64,000 nucleotides of DNA from Candidatus Latescibacterota bacterium (GTDB lineage: Bacteria > Latescibacterota > UBA2968 > GCA-2709665), in the NCBI GenBank assembly GCA_965208835.1, contig OZ242358.1, positions 2,368,001-2,432,000 on the forward strand. The letters run 5' to 3'. Each line of letters starts with the position of its first letter. Within the stretch, counting starts at the first letter, position 1. Positions 19,292-29,357 of the stretch are shown here, one piece after another. The position numbers and the translations under genes were made by a program. The notes under the pieces are model-generated. The model had not been told where the DNA came from and searched no databases. It saw only the letters and a list, made by a program, of their open reading frames with translations.

Positions 19292-19367
19292 TGGTGACCC
19301 CGAGGGGAGTCGAACCCCCGTTTCCAGGGTGAGAACCTGGTGTCCTAGGCCACTGAACGACGGGGTC
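19292..19367 (-). tRNA. tRNA-Glu (CTC)
   Basis: Cloverleaf GACCCCG...CCAGG-TTCTCAC-CCTGG...GGTTCGACTCC...CGGGGTC-A-CCA, 76 nt. Confidence 0.97.
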
Positions 19368-19386
19368 ACCCAGTCAAAGCGGGCGA

Positions 19387-19415
19387 AATCTACCCAAATT
19401 GGCCGTTTTTGTCAA
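19387..19415 (-). promoter_or_regulatory. sigma70-type promoter of tRNA-Glu
   Basis: TTGACA-17nt-TAGATT on the minus strand. Confidence 0.7.
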
Positions 19416-19569
19416 GGGATTACGGTCTTTCGCGGCGTCGCTTCGATGTATTTTTCGAACCGGTTCCTTTTGTGCTTTTTGTGGCCAATTTAACCGTAGT
19501 CTTCGTGCGAATTTTTACCGGGAGCAGTTAATATTTGACATCGATTGTGCCTGCTACGGTGGAGAGAAA

Positions 19570-19666
19570 CTTGCCCAAACACGGACGCTGAGCTTGTCGA
19601 AGCGCCCGCGTTTCGGCACGCTTTTTCCTTCGCCGACCCTTCGACAAGCTCAGGGAGCGGCCCAGG
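19570..19666 (+). repeat. inverted-pair TGAGCTTGTCGAA element, copy 1 (uninterrupted)
   Basis: CGCTGAGCTTGTCGAAGCG (19586-19604)...CCCTTCGACAAGCTCAGGG (19637-19655). Homologous to 26110-26270 and to the reverse complement of 47218-47355. Confidence 0.85.
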
Positions 19667-19722
19667 TTGGCCGGTTAGTGTTGTGGAAAAAGGTAAACTA
19701 TCGGGTGCTCCCCGTAGTAATG

Positions 19723-20094
19723 TCAGTCTCTCGGCGGCACGGCGCAGAGGAAGCCGAGGGGTTCGTCGCCGGTATTTTCGAACTGATGCTGCTCGTTCGG
19801 AGGAATGTAGACGATGTCGCCGGGGCCGATTTCGAAGACTTCCCAGCCCATCAGCAGACGGGCGGTGCCTCTGAGGACGTAGACGCCGTGGTCGTGGTCG
19901 TGACGGTCGAACGAGGTCTGCCCGCCGGGCGAGACTTCGTAGTACCGCATGCCGAAGTTCACGGCCCCGTCCCGCTTGCCGATGACGACCTGTTTGCTGC
20001 CGCCCACCGCGCCGCCCCTTTCGTAGGTCTCGACTTCGACGCCTTCCCAGGCGTAGTTGCCATGCTCGCCGGTAAACCGATGTATAACGCCCAT
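19723..20094 (-). CDS. cupin domain protein
   Basis: FGMRYYEVSPGG...HDHDHGVYVLRG...GDIVYIPPNEQHQFEN; RBS-like GAAGGG. Confidence 0.88.
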   Translation of the reverse strand: MGVIHRFTGEHGNYAWEGVEVETYERGGAVGGSKQVVIGKRDGAVNFGMRYYEVSPGGQTSFDRHDHDHGVYVLRGTARLLMGWEVFEIGPGDIVYIPPNEQHQFENTGDEPLGFLCAVPPRD

Positions 20095-20126
20095 GGAAAC
20101 CCTTCAGAGTACGGCGTCCCCTGCGT

Positions 20127-21212
20127 TTACATGAAGTTCCTGACGCCGCTGCCGTGGAGCTCGGAGATACGGGCGGCGGTCTCCTCGTCGAAGCCCACCT
20201 GGACCAGTTCCTGAATACGTTTGTTGTGCATGGTACTGTAGAGGTCGCGCACCAGGGAACGGCCCTTCTCGATCTGATCGGGCGAGGACCCGCCGCCTGC
20301 GAGGGTCATCATCGCATTCAGCACGAAGGGGCTGGCGCCGGAAACCTGCTGCAGGAAGGCGGTGCGTTTTTCGGCTGCCTGGGCGAGCCGGGTGATGACC
20401 TCGGGTCGCTGCTGGATGTGATATCCGATGTGAGAGAGACCGTAGCCAACGTGGCGGCCCTCATCCTGCCGGGCGAGTTTGAAGACCCGGGCCGTGACGG
20501 GGTCCGGCGACACCTCCTCCAGGAATCTGAGAAGCTCCATGAACGTACCTTCGCCCAGCACGTGGAGGAGGAACGACGCGTCCGTGAAGTCTTCCTGGGC
20601 GAGTAGGCTTTGAAGAGACCATTCCGTGGCCGAGGAGACGTACTGCAGCCCGCCGCCGTTGGCCAGCGCTCGCTTGGTGAAGACTTCCACGTGCCTGGCC
20701 TCATCCATCACCTGGCTGGAGAGAAACAGGATGACTTCGGAAAAACACGGGTCGATGCGGCCGATGAACTTGGCGGGCAGGTACAGGGCCAGGTATTCGT
20801 TCTGGATCATGAACGTGCAGACCTGGCAGACCGCGCGTTCCAGGTCTTCCTCGAGCTCGGGCAGGTCGCGCCAAGGGATATCCGTCGTCGCGTTCCATTG
20901 GCCCTGTTTGGCCTGTTCGACCAGGTCGGCGATGTTCTCGGCCCAGACCTCGGTCTTCTGAACGATGCCGAAGTCGAAGTCGGGGGTCTTGGGGTCCACG
21001 ACCGAGCCCCGCTGCGCCAGGCCGTGGTTGGGCGGCGCCAGTTCCGGAACCGCGCCCGGCCTGCCGACAAGACAGTCGGGAAGGAAGATGCCACGCTCGT
21101 CGCGCGGCGGTACCCTGATGCCCCAGTCGGGTTCGCCCCAGGAGGTTGTATCGGGGATATTCCGGTCCACGTATCGCCACTCCTCTTTTTGTCCGCCGTG
21201 TCGTCCCGTCAC
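20127..21212 (-). CDS. ferritin-like di-iron domain protein
   Basis: QNEY, DEARH, LGEGTF, DEGRH di-iron motifs. Start uncertain. Confidence 0.82.
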   Translation of the reverse strand: MTGRHGGQKEEWRYVDRNIPDTTSWGEPDWGIRVPPRDERGIFLPDCLVGRPGAVPELAPPNHGLAQRGSVVDPKTPDFDFGIVQKTEVWAENIADLVEQAKQGQWNATTDIPWRDLPELEEDLERAVCQVCTFMIQNEYLALYLPAKFIGRIDPCFSEVILFLSSQVMDEARHVEVFTKRALANGGGLQYVSSATEWSLQSLLAQEDFTDASFLLHVLGEGTFMELLRFLEEVSPDPVTARVFKLARQDEGRHVGYGLSHIGYHIQQRPEVITRLAQAAEKRTAFLQQVSGASPFVLNAMMTLAGGGSSPDQIEKGRSLVRDLYSTMHNKRIQELVQVGFDEETAARISELHGSGVRNFM

Positions 21213-22379
21213 TTATTCCCTGCCGTTGAGGACCATTTTGACAAAGTCGCCGAAGTCGGTTGTGTCGAATGTCCTGAAGGAGGTCAGCATCGACGGCGTC
21301 CATTCATCGTGCCAGATCCACGCCGTCCACCCGATATTCCGGGTCTCGCAGAAATCAACGAGGGGCCGGGCATATTCCTGCCTGATTCTCCCCGGATCTT
21401 CCGAATGACCGTAGCCCCATTCACCCAGGAAGACCGCGTCGGTTTTATCCAGGTCGAAGAGAACGTCCTTCCACGCTTCGCCCTTCCACGGGTAAGGATG
21501 CGTTTCGTACACGACGTTAGGCCGGTCCACCGGGTCGTCCAGGGCGCCGCTGAGGTCGTACCCCCAGTCGGTGCCCGAAACGAGGACGAGCGCCCGGGGG
21601 GCCACGTCGTGGATGACGTCCACAAGCGATTCGGCGACCGGGCGCCACTCATTCCAGGTGATGAAGGCGGGTTCGTTGAACGTCCCGTAGATGACGTGCG
21701 GCAGGTCGCTGTATCTTCGGACGATCGCGTCCAGCGCCTCGATCGCCAGCGACAGGTCGGGGTTGTAAGGATTTCCACGCCAGGGGTGTACGTACCCCCA
21801 ATCGGGGTTCTCCGTCTGCCCGGTGAGCGGGTTCCCGTGCGCGTGCCAGCCAAGAAAGACGTAGACGCCGCGACGCCGTCCCCAGTCGACGATCGGATCC
21901 ACGAACGCGGGCAGGTAGTCTGGGTACCGATCCCAGAGGTCCGGATGAATGGGGACCCGGATGACGTCCACATTCCATTCGTCCGCCAGGAATTCGAGCG
22001 CGTCCATTCCGCGGCGGGTCGAGGCGTGCAGGAAGAACGGATCGATCACGGCCACGCCGCGCAGCACAACGTCCACGTTCTGACCGTATACGTCCGCAAA
22101 CGCCAGAAAGTCGGCGAAATCGACGCTGCCGCTCCCGTCGAGGTCGTATTCTTTCCTGGACGAACCGTAGGCTTTCGCAAACAGAAGAAAGTCCGAAAGG
22201 TCCACCTGTCCGCCACCGTCGAAGTCCGCGTCGGCGGCGGTCGCGCTGACGATTCTGTGTCCGTCGACCCGTAGTCTCGACAGGTTCTCCGCGGCGCCTG
22301 ACGCGGTTGCAGAAAGCGACAGGGCCAGGATCAGAAAGGAAAAGACCAGGTTGCTGGATCTCCGGACTTTCATGGGCAT
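21213..22379 (-). CDS. secreted glycoside hydrolase family 5 with inserted dockerin/EF-hand pair
   Basis: Signal peptide; LRVDG...VLRGV, IRVP, FNEP (acid/base), HPY, GEWG (nucleophile), WTAWIW; two DxDGxGxVDxxDF loops. Confidence 0.88.
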   Translation of the reverse strand: MPMKVRRSSNLVFSFLILALSLSATASGAAENLSRLRVDGHRIVSATAADADFDGGGQVDLSDFLLFAKAYGSSRKEYDLDGSGSVDFADFLAFADVYGQNVDVVLRGVAVIDPFFLHASTRRGMDALEFLADEWNVDVIRVPIHPDLWDRYPDYLPAFVDPIVDWGRRRGVYVFLGWHAHGNPLTGQTENPDWGYVHPWRGNPYNPDLSLAIEALDAIVRRYSDLPHVIYGTFNEPAFITWNEWRPVAESLVDVIHDVAPRALVLVSGTDWGYDLSGALDDPVDRPNVVYETHPYPWKGEAWKDVLFDLDKTDAVFLGEWGYGHSEDPGRIRQEYARPLVDFCETRNIGWTAWIWHDEWTPSMLTSFRTFDTTDFGDFVKMVLNGRE

Positions 22380-22424
22380 TAAGGGATCGTTCGCGAGATG
22401 AATGGGTCACACCTTCGCCGATAC

Positions 22425-22460
22425 TGTCATCCAGAGGAGGCATGTGCGCTCAGAATGACG
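22425..22460. repeat. short GTCAT-type palindromic repeat (internally deleted)
   Basis: TGTCATCCAGAGGAGG identical to 29358-29373, closed by CTCAGAATGAC. Confidence 0.6.
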
Positions 22461-22605
22461 GCCGGGCCCATTGTCAGGCCGGCGACATCCTTTCAGCGAA
22501 AGATAGGAACAAAGCCCACGTCGAGCAAGGCTGATTGGTAAATTGCGCCGCTGATGCGCCGGGAGACGCGTCTCCGTGACGTAGCGGTCGAGTTATGGAA
22601 TTATC

Positions 22606-22634
22606 TTGTAAGCCCCGCCGGTTGGCGTTATATT
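22606..22634 (+). promoter_or_regulatory. putative promoter of the ABC operon
   Basis: TTGTAA-17nt-TATATT. Confidence 0.55.
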
Positions 22635-22711
22635 TGAGACTTTTGGGCGGATCTGCACGGGCCCCCGCGAACGCGGGTAATCGGGACGTTGATTATGCCG
22701 GAGAGGGTTTG

Positions 22712-23698
22712 ATGTTGAAATACATCGCGTGGCGAATTCTGATGATGATTCCCACGCTATTCGCCATATCGATCGTGTCATTCCTGATCATCCAGCTTCC
22801 TCCGGGAGATTTCCTCACGTCGTACCTGGCGCAGCTCACCTCGATGGGCGAGACGGTAAGCGAAGAGGTCATCGAGGCGCTCCGGGCGCGCTACGGGCTG
22901 GGCAGTCCGGTCTACGTTCAGTACTGGACCTGGATGACGGGCATCATCACGCAGGGCGATTTCGGGATGTCCCTGCTGTGGGGCAGGCCGGTGAGCGAAC
23001 TGCTGTGGGAGCGGGTCAGCCTCACGGTGATGGTGAGCGCGAGTTCGGTGCTCTTCATCTGGGTGGTTGCGATACCCATCGGCATCTATTCTGCCGTCCG
23101 GCAATATTCCATCGGCGACTACATCTTCACGTTTCTGGGGTTCCTTGGGCTTGCCACGCCGCCGTTCATGCTGGCCCTGATCGCGCTGTGGATCGTCTTC
23201 GTGTCCACCGGCAGCGTCCTGGTGGGTCTTTTTTCCCCGGAATACATCGACGCGTCCTGGTCGTTCGGCAAGGCATTGGACCTGCTCGCGCACCTGTGGA
23301 TTCCAATGGTGATCCTCGGTACCGCGGGAACGGCCGGGACGATCCGCGTGATCCGCGCCCAGATGCTGGATGAATTGCACAAACCCTATGTCGTCACCGC
23401 CAGGGCGAAAGGCGTGTCGGAACTCAAGCTTCTCTTCAAGTATCCCGTGAGGATCGCCCTGAATCCCTTCTTCAGCACCCTGGGCTGGCTGTTGCCCCGG
23501 CTGATCGCGGGAGAGATCCTGGTGTCCATCGTGTTGAATCTGCCCACTACCGGGCCGCTTCTTCTCGGCGCGCTCACCAATCAGGATATGTACCTCGCCG
23601 GGAGCTTTATGCTGATCCTGAGCACGTTGACGGTCATCGGGACGCTGATTTCGGATATTTTGCTCGCCTGGGTGGACCCGAGAATTCGCTATTCGTAG
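22712..23698 (+). CDS. Opp/Dpp-type ABC permease (OppB-like)
   Basis: YIAWRILMMIPTL...LPPGD, GDFGMS, TARAKG (EAA loop), DPRIR. RBS GGAGAGG. Confidence 0.93.
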   Translation: MLKYIAWRILMMIPTLFAISIVSFLIIQLPPGDFLTSYLAQLTSMGETVSEEVIEALRARYGLGSPVYVQYWTWMTGIITQGDFGMSLLWGRPVSELLWERVSLTVMVSASSVLFIWVVAIPIGIYSAVRQYSIGDYIFTFLGFLGLATPPFMLALIALWIVFVSTGSVLVGLFSPEYIDASWSFGKALDLLAHLWIPMVILGTAGTAGTIRVIRAQMLDELHKPYVVTARAKGVSELKLLFKYPVRIALNPFFSTLGWLLPRLIAGEILVSIVLNLPTTGPLLLGALTNQDMYLAGSFMLILSTLTVIGTLISDILLAWVDPRIRYS

Positions 23699-23777
23699 AT
23701 CTCCGGGTACGCCGGAAAATCTCAAGGAGTCGCCAGTAATTACAACCAGACCGCACAATAAGAGGCTCTCCAGGCGA

Positions 23778-24974
23778 TTGCCGCCTGTGGCGCAGTCGTT
23801 GAAGGATGCCTTACGGAAGCTGAAGGCGAACGGGATCCCCGGGTTGCCCGGGCGTTCGCGGCCCGGGTCCGCCGACGAAGGAACCGGAGCGCAAGTGCTG
23901 GTGGCTTCCCAGTGGCGGCTGATGTGGTGGAAGTTCCGGAAACACCAGCTGGCGAAGATCGCGGGCGCGGTCCTGATTCTCTTCTATCTCGTGGCGGGAT
24001 TCTGCGAGTTCGTGGCGCCGCACGATCCGCACAGCCTGAATACGAAATACATCCACGCGCCCCCTCAAAAGGTCCGATTCTTCGACGCAGAGGGGGCGTT
24101 TCATTTCCGGCCCTTCGTGTACCGGCATGTCCAGCAGCGGGACCCGGTCACGCTCCGCCTCTCCTATCACGAAGACCACTTCCAGCGATTCCCCATACGG
24201 TTCTTTGTCAAGGGTGATCCCTATGCGCTGTGGGGGTGGGTCCGCATGGAACGCCACCTGATCGGTCTCGACAACGGGGAACGCCTGTTCTTGCTGGGTG
24301 CGGATCGCATGGGCCGGGACCTGCTTTCGCGAATCGCCTACGGGGCGCGGATATCGTTGTCGATCGGCCTCATCGGCATCGCCATCAGCTTCGTGCTGGG
24401 ATTGATCATGGGGGGCATCTCCGGCTATTTCGGCGGGAGAATCGACGACGTGATCCAGCGGCTGATCGAGTTCATCATGGGAATCCCCGGCCTGCCGCTC
24501 TGGATGACGCTCAGTGCGGCGCTGCCGCCCGACTGGCCGATCATCCGCGTCTACTTCGGCATCACGATCATTCTCGCTTTCGTGGGCTGGACCGGCCTCG
24601 CCCGGGTCGTCCGCGGGCGGTTTCTGGCGTTGAGGGAAGAGGACTTCGTGATGGCGGCGCGCCTGGGCGGCGCCCGGGAGAGCCGGATTATCGCCAAGCA
24701 CATGGTGCCTTCTTTTCTAAGTTATATCATCGCCGCGCTCACGCTGGCGGTGCCGCAGATGATTCTGGGCGAGACGGCGCTGAGCTTCATCGGGCTGGGG
24801 TTGCGTTCGCCGGCGATCAGCTGGGGTGTGCTGTTACAGGACGCGATGAACATACGGGCGGTGGCGCATTTCCCCTGGCTGCTGCTGCCGGGCGGGTTCG
24901 TGATCGTCGCCGTGCTCGCGTTCAACTTTCTAGGAGACGGGCTGAGAGACGCGGCCGATCCGTATTCACGGTAG
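23778..24974 (+). CDS. Opp/Dpp-type ABC permease (OppC-like)
   Basis: LGADRMGRDLLSR, FVMAARLGG, SWGVLL, GDGLRDAADP. Confidence 0.93.
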   Translation: MPPVAQSLKDALRKLKANGIPGLPGRSRPGSADEGTGAQVLVASQWRLMWWKFRKHQLAKIAGAVLILFYLVAGFCEFVAPHDPHSLNTKYIHAPPQKVRFFDAEGAFHFRPFVYRHVQQRDPVTLRLSYHEDHFQRFPIRFFVKGDPYALWGWVRMERHLIGLDNGERLFLLGADRMGRDLLSRIAYGARISLSIGLIGIAISFVLGLIMGGISGYFGGRIDDVIQRLIEFIMGIPGLPLWMTLSAALPPDWPIIRVYFGITIILAFVGWTGLARVVRGRFLALREEDFVMAARLGGARESRIIAKHMVPSFLSYIIAALTLAVPQMILGETALSFIGLGLRSPAISWGVLLQDAMNIRAVAHFPWLLLPGGFVIVAVLAFNFLGDGLRDAADPYSR

Positions 24975-24983
24975 AAGGGAACC

Positions 24984-25985
24984 ATGGATCCATCGATTTT
25001 GCTTGAAGTCCGCCGTCTGCGCGCTCATTTCTTCTCCGACGAGGGTACGGTGCGGGCCGTCGACGGGGTGGATTTCCGGATCATGAAGGGAGAGACGCTG
25101 GGCGTGGTGGGAGAAAGCGGCTGCGGCAAGAGCGTGACGGCCCAATCCATTCTCCAGATCCTGCCCAGGAACGGACGGATCGTCTCGGGGGAGGTGCTGC
25201 TGCAGGCCAACGGGAAAGTCGTCGACCTGGCGAGGCTGAAGCCGAACGGCAGGGCGATTCGGAATATCCGCGGCAAGGAGATCGCCATGATGTTCCAGGA
25301 GCCCATGACCTGCCTGAGTCCGGTCCATACCATCGGGAATCAGATCGAAGAGGCCATCCGGCTTCATCGGAGCGCGGACCGGAAGGAAGCGCGCGAGATC
25401 GCCGTCGACATGCTGCACAAATGCGGTATCCCCGAACCGGAACGGAGGGTGGACGCCTACCCCCACCAGTTGAGCGGGGGCATGCGGCAGCGCGCGATGA
25501 TCGCGATGAGTCTGTCCTGTCGGCCCCGCCTGCTGATCGCGGACGAGCCGACAACGGCGCTGGACGTGACCACGCAGGCGCAGATCCTGGACCTGCTGAA
25601 GGCGTTGCAGGAGGAGATCCATACCTCCATCATGATGATTACGCACAACCTTGGAGTCGTGGCGGAACTGGCGGACCACGCGATGGTGATGTACCTGGGC
25701 AAAGTCGTCGAGTTTGCGCGTTGCGAGACCATATTCAACGATCCGAAACATCCGTATACCCGCGCCCTGCTGAAATCCATTCCACGATTGGGACGCAAGG
25801 CGAAGGAAGGACTGCTGTCAATCGAAGGATCGGTGCCGAATCCGTACGAACTGCCCAAAGGCTGCATGTTTCATCCGCGGTGTCCGGACCGGATAGAAGG
25901 CGTGTGCGACCGGTACGAGCCGGAGCTGACGAAAATCGGTTCCGAACACGGCGTGAGTTGTTTCCTGTATTCCGATCCGAACTGA
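24984..25985 (+). CDS. Opp/Dpp ABC ATPase (OppD-like)
   Basis: GESGCGKS, LSGGMRQR, IADEPTTALD, C-terminal GCMFHPRC. Confidence 0.95.
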   Translation: MDPSILLEVRRLRAHFFSDEGTVRAVDGVDFRIMKGETLGVVGESGCGKSVTAQSILQILPRNGRIVSGEVLLQANGKVVDLARLKPNGRAIRNIRGKEIAMMFQEPMTCLSPVHTIGNQIEEAIRLHRSADRKEAREIAVDMLHKCGIPEPERRVDAYPHQLSGGMRQRAMIAMSLSCRPRLLIADEPTTALDVTTQAQILDLLKALQEEIHTSIMMITHNLGVVAELADHAMVMYLGKVVEFARCETIFNDPKHPYTRALLKSIPRLGRKAKEGLLSIEGSVPNPYELPKGCMFHPRCPDRIEGVCDRYEPELTKIGSEHGVSCFLYSDPN

Positions 25986-26109
25986 CATGGATGGACACGA
26001 TAAACAGGATGACTGGCAATCGGCCTGGCGCACACGACATTTGCCTGATGAAAGCGATGTATCCCTGGATGAGAAACCACGCGACGTCATTGAGGCCCCC
26101 GTTGCCATC

Positions 26110-26270
26110 GCTTGCCGAAACGTGGTCATTGCCTGTGCTGAGCTTGTCGAAGCAAGCTTGTCGAAATGCCCGTGTTTCGCGATGAATCCCGATCGTACCG
26201 CGAGCCCTTCGCCGACCCTTCGACACCCTTCGACAGGCTCAGGGCAAGTGCTCAGGGAGCAGCTCAGGGC
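26110..26270 (+). repeat. inverted-pair element, copy 2, with two nested 23-nt insertions, inside the ABC operon
   Basis: Insertions at 26132-26154 and 26226-26248 relative to empty arms at 47317-47335 (reverse complement) and 19637-19655. Confidence 0.85.
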
Positions 26271-26375
26271 TGGGGCGCATTGCTGGCCTTGCGACTCAGT
26301 CACAGAATCCCGTCAAGCTGTTTTAGGGATAGAATATCGCTGCCCGTATCCACCCGTGCGCCATGAAAGTTGACC

Positions 26376-27404
26376 ATGTCCGATAGCAATTCCGTACTCC
26401 TGGACGTGAAGAACCTGCGGAAGTACTTCCCCATTACCGAAGGGTTTCTGAAACGCGTGGTGGGTCAGGTGAAGGCTGTGGACGGCGTCAGTTTTGCGGT
26501 GAAGAGACAGGAAACGCTGGGCCTGATCGGCGAGAGCGGGTGCGGCAAGACAACGGTCGGCAGGAGCATACTCAGGGCGATCGAGCCCACGGAAGGCGAG
26601 GTGCTCTTTGAGGATGGGGGAACGATGGTCGACGTCTGCCGGCTGTCGCGGAGGGAGCTGAGGACGTTCCGCAGACATATGCAGATGGTTTTTCAGGATC
26701 CGTATTCTTCGCTCAATCCCCGCATGACCGTCTTCGACATCGTGGCGGAGCCGCTGGTGGTGAACCGGATCGCACGCGGCGCCGAGCTGGAGGACCGCGT
26801 GGCGGAACTGCTCAGGGTCGTCGGGCTGGATCCGCAGTTCATGCGCCGCTATCCCCACGCGTTCAGCGGCGGCCAGCGTCAGCGGATCGGCGTCGCCAGG
26901 GCACTGGCGTTGAACCCCAGGCTGATCATCGGCGATGAACCCGTTTCGGCGCTGGACGTCTCGGTTCAGGCGCAGGTGTTGAATCTGCTTCAGGAACTGC
27001 AGGACCGGATGGGGCTCACGTATCTGTTCATTTCGCACGATCTGGCGGTGGTGGAGCACATCAGCGACCGGATCGCCATTATGTACGTCGGACAGATCGT
27101 GGAACTGGCGGACGAGGAGACGTTGTTTGCGACGCCGAAACATCCCTACACCGAAGCGCTGCTTTCGGCCGTCCCGAAGCCCGATCCGGCGTACAAGAAG
27201 CGGAAGATTCTGCTGCAGGGCGAAGTGGCCGATCCGGCCAATCCTCCGTCGGGATGCTATTTCCATCCGCGCTGCCCGTACGTGGAGGACGTGTGCCGGG
27301 AGGAGTCGCCCGAGCTCGTCGACGTCGCGCCGGCGGATTCAGACCCGCATTTCGTCCGCTGCCATTTCAGCGATACGTTAAACCTGGTCGGCATCGAAGC
27401 ATGA
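26376..27404 (+). CDS. Opp/Dpp ABC ATPase (OppF-like)
   Basis: [32 protein letters not shown]. Confidence 0.95.
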   Translation: MSDSNSVLLDVKNLRKYFPITEGFLKRVVGQVKAVDGVSFAVKRQETLGLIGESGCGKTTVGRSILRAIEPTEGEVLFEDGGTMVDVCRLSRRELRTFRRHMQMVFQDPYSSLNPRMTVFDIVAEPLVVNRIARGAELEDRVAELLRVVGLDPQFMRRYPHAFSGGQRQRIGVARALALNPRLIIGDEPVSALDVSVQAQVLNLLQELQDRMGLTYLFISHDLAVVEHISDRIAIMYVGQIVELADEETLFATPKHPYTEALLSAVPKPDPAYKKRKILLQGEVADPANPPSGCYFHPRCPYVEDVCREESPELVDVAPADSDPHFVRCHFSDTLNLVGIEA

Positions 27405-29332
27405 AAGTCTTCCGTAAAACAGCCTGCCGCACCGCGGGCATCCTCGCGAGTCCGGTCATTCTGCTCGCCTGGTTGTGTTCGCCCGCCGACGCTGAAGTGC
27501 AGGCATCTCTTAGGACGCTGAACGAAGCGCCGATGCTCAGAGAGCGCGTCCGGAACGGCCAGCTTCCCGCGTTGCGGGAGCGGTTGCCGGAGGCGCCGGC
27601 GGTGGTGCGGCCGGTGGAACGGATCGGCAAGTACGGCGGGACGTGGAGGCGGGTGCACATGGGCATGCCGGACCGGGCCGGATGGATGCGGCTGACCTAC
27701 GATCCTCTCCTGCGCTGGTCAAAGGATTACGCCAGGGTAGAGCCCAATCTCGCCCACGCCTGGGAGGTTTCGGAAGACGGCCGGGAATTCACGTTCCACC
27801 TGCGGAAGGGGATTCGCTGGTCCGACGGCGCGCCGTTCACGGCCAACGACTACATGTTCTGGTACGAAGACGTCATTCTGAACGACGATCTGAATCCCGT
27901 CAAGCCGAGCTGGCTCACAATCGCCGGCGAACTGGGCGTTGTCGAGCGGGTGGACGACCATACCATCCGGTTTCGTTTCGTGAAACCCAACGGCGTGATC
28001 CTGCAGTGGTTGGCCTCCTGGACGGACATCGTCGCCGGTCCGCCGCCGAAGCACTATCTCAAGCAGTTCCACCCCAGGTACGTTTCGAAGGAGAAACTGG
28101 ACGCCGTCGTGATCGAGGAAGGGTACGACACCTGGATGGCGCTGTACGATACCAAGAGCACCGCATTTCTGAATCCGGAACGGCCCGTGCTGTGCGCCTG
28201 GCAGGCGAGGACCGGAGCGGATGCGGCCATCTTCATCGCGGAGCGCAACCCGTTTTACTGGAAGGTGGACCCGGCGGGCAACCAGCTTCCGTACATCGAC
28301 AGGGTGGAGATGACGCTTGTGCAGAGCGCGGAGACGGTGACGCTCAAGGCCATCGCGGGCGAGATCGACATGCAGAGCCGGCGGGTCGAATTCATGAACT
28401 ACCCGCTACTGATGGAACACCGGGAGAGCGGTGGATACCGCGTCCTGCGCTGGAAGCCGGCGACCACGGGTCAGGGCACCGTGTATCTGAATCAGAACTA
28501 CACCCACCAGGACCCGGTGATGGGCGCCCTGCTCAGGAATCGCCGATTCAGACGGGCGCTGTCGCTCGGCATCGACCGGCGACAGATCATCGATCTGTTC
28601 TATATGGGAGTGACCGAGCCGAGACAGGTCGTCCCGTACACGGACGAACTGCACGGTGTGCCCAGTACCGATACACTGTACACCGTATATGATCCGGACC
28701 GGGCGAATCGTCTACTCGATGGTATCGGGCTGGACAGGCGGGACGGCGCGGGATACCGATTGCGTCCCGACGGTAAACGTCTGAAGTTCACCATCGCCGG
28801 ATTCACGCCGGGGACCGCCTACGTGGACGTGGCCGAACTGCTGGCCTCCCAGTGGACCGTGCTGGGCATCCAGTCCACGGTCAAACCCGAAGACGTGGCG
28901 CTGTGGGTGACGCGCGCCACGGCCGGCGAACACCACGTCTCCGTCTACGCTGCGTCGGGCGGGTTTCGGCCGCTGATGGATCCCGTGTGGTTCTTCCCGT
29001 CGGCGTCCACGGCGTACTGGGCGCCGCTCCACGGACTCTGGTACAGCAGCGGGGGAAGGGCGGGTGAAAAACCCACCGGGGACATCGCCCGCATCGTGGA
29101 GATCTACGAGCAGGCGATGACCACGATGGACGAAAACGAGCAGGTGGCGCTCGTGAAGCAGGCCGTGAGGATGCACTCGGAAAACCTCTGGCGAATCGGC
29201 GTGTGCGGCGGGTTCGACCAGGTGTTCGTTGTCAAAAACGATTTCCGCAACGTTCCCGAAACCGGTCTGGGCGACAACCCGCTGCTCACGCCGGGCTACA
29301 CCCATACCGAACAGTATTTCTTCGATCGATAA
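27401..29332 (+). CDS. ABC substrate-binding protein, family 5
   Basis: ATG overlaps the upstream TGA; EAPML...[32 protein letters not shown]. Confidence 0.92.
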   Translation: MKVFRKTACRTAGILASPVILLAWLCSPADAEVQASLRTLNEAPMLRERVRNGQLPALRERLPEAPAVVRPVERIGKYGGTWRRVHMGMPDRAGWMRLTYDPLLRWSKDYARVEPNLAHAWEVSEDGREFTFHLRKGIRWSDGAPFTANDYMFWYEDVILNDDLNPVKPSWLTIAGELGVVERVDDHTIRFRFVKPNGVILQWLASWTDIVAGPPPKHYLKQFHPRYVSKEKLDAVVIEEGYDTWMALYDTKSTAFLNPERPVLCAWQARTGADAAIFIAERNPFYWKVDPAGNQLPYIDRVEMTLVQSAETVTLKAIAGEIDMQSRRVEFMNYPLLMEHRESGGYRVLRWKPATTGQGTVYLNQNYTHQDPVMGALLRNRRFRRALSLGIDRRQIIDLFYMGVTEPRQVVPYTDELHGVPSTDTLYTVYDPDRANRLLDGIGLDRRDGAGYRLRPDGKRLKFTIAGFTPGTAYVDVAELLASQWTVLGIQSTVKPEDVALWVTRATAGEHHVSVYAASGGFRPLMDPVWFFPSASTAYWAPLHGLWYSSGGRAGEKPTGDIARIVEIYEQAMTTMDENEQVALVKQAVRMHSENLWRIGVCGGFDQVFVVKNDFRNVPETGLGDNPLLTPGYTHTEQYFFDR

Positions 29333-29357
29333 AAGCCCTGCACGCGTTGGCGATAAC

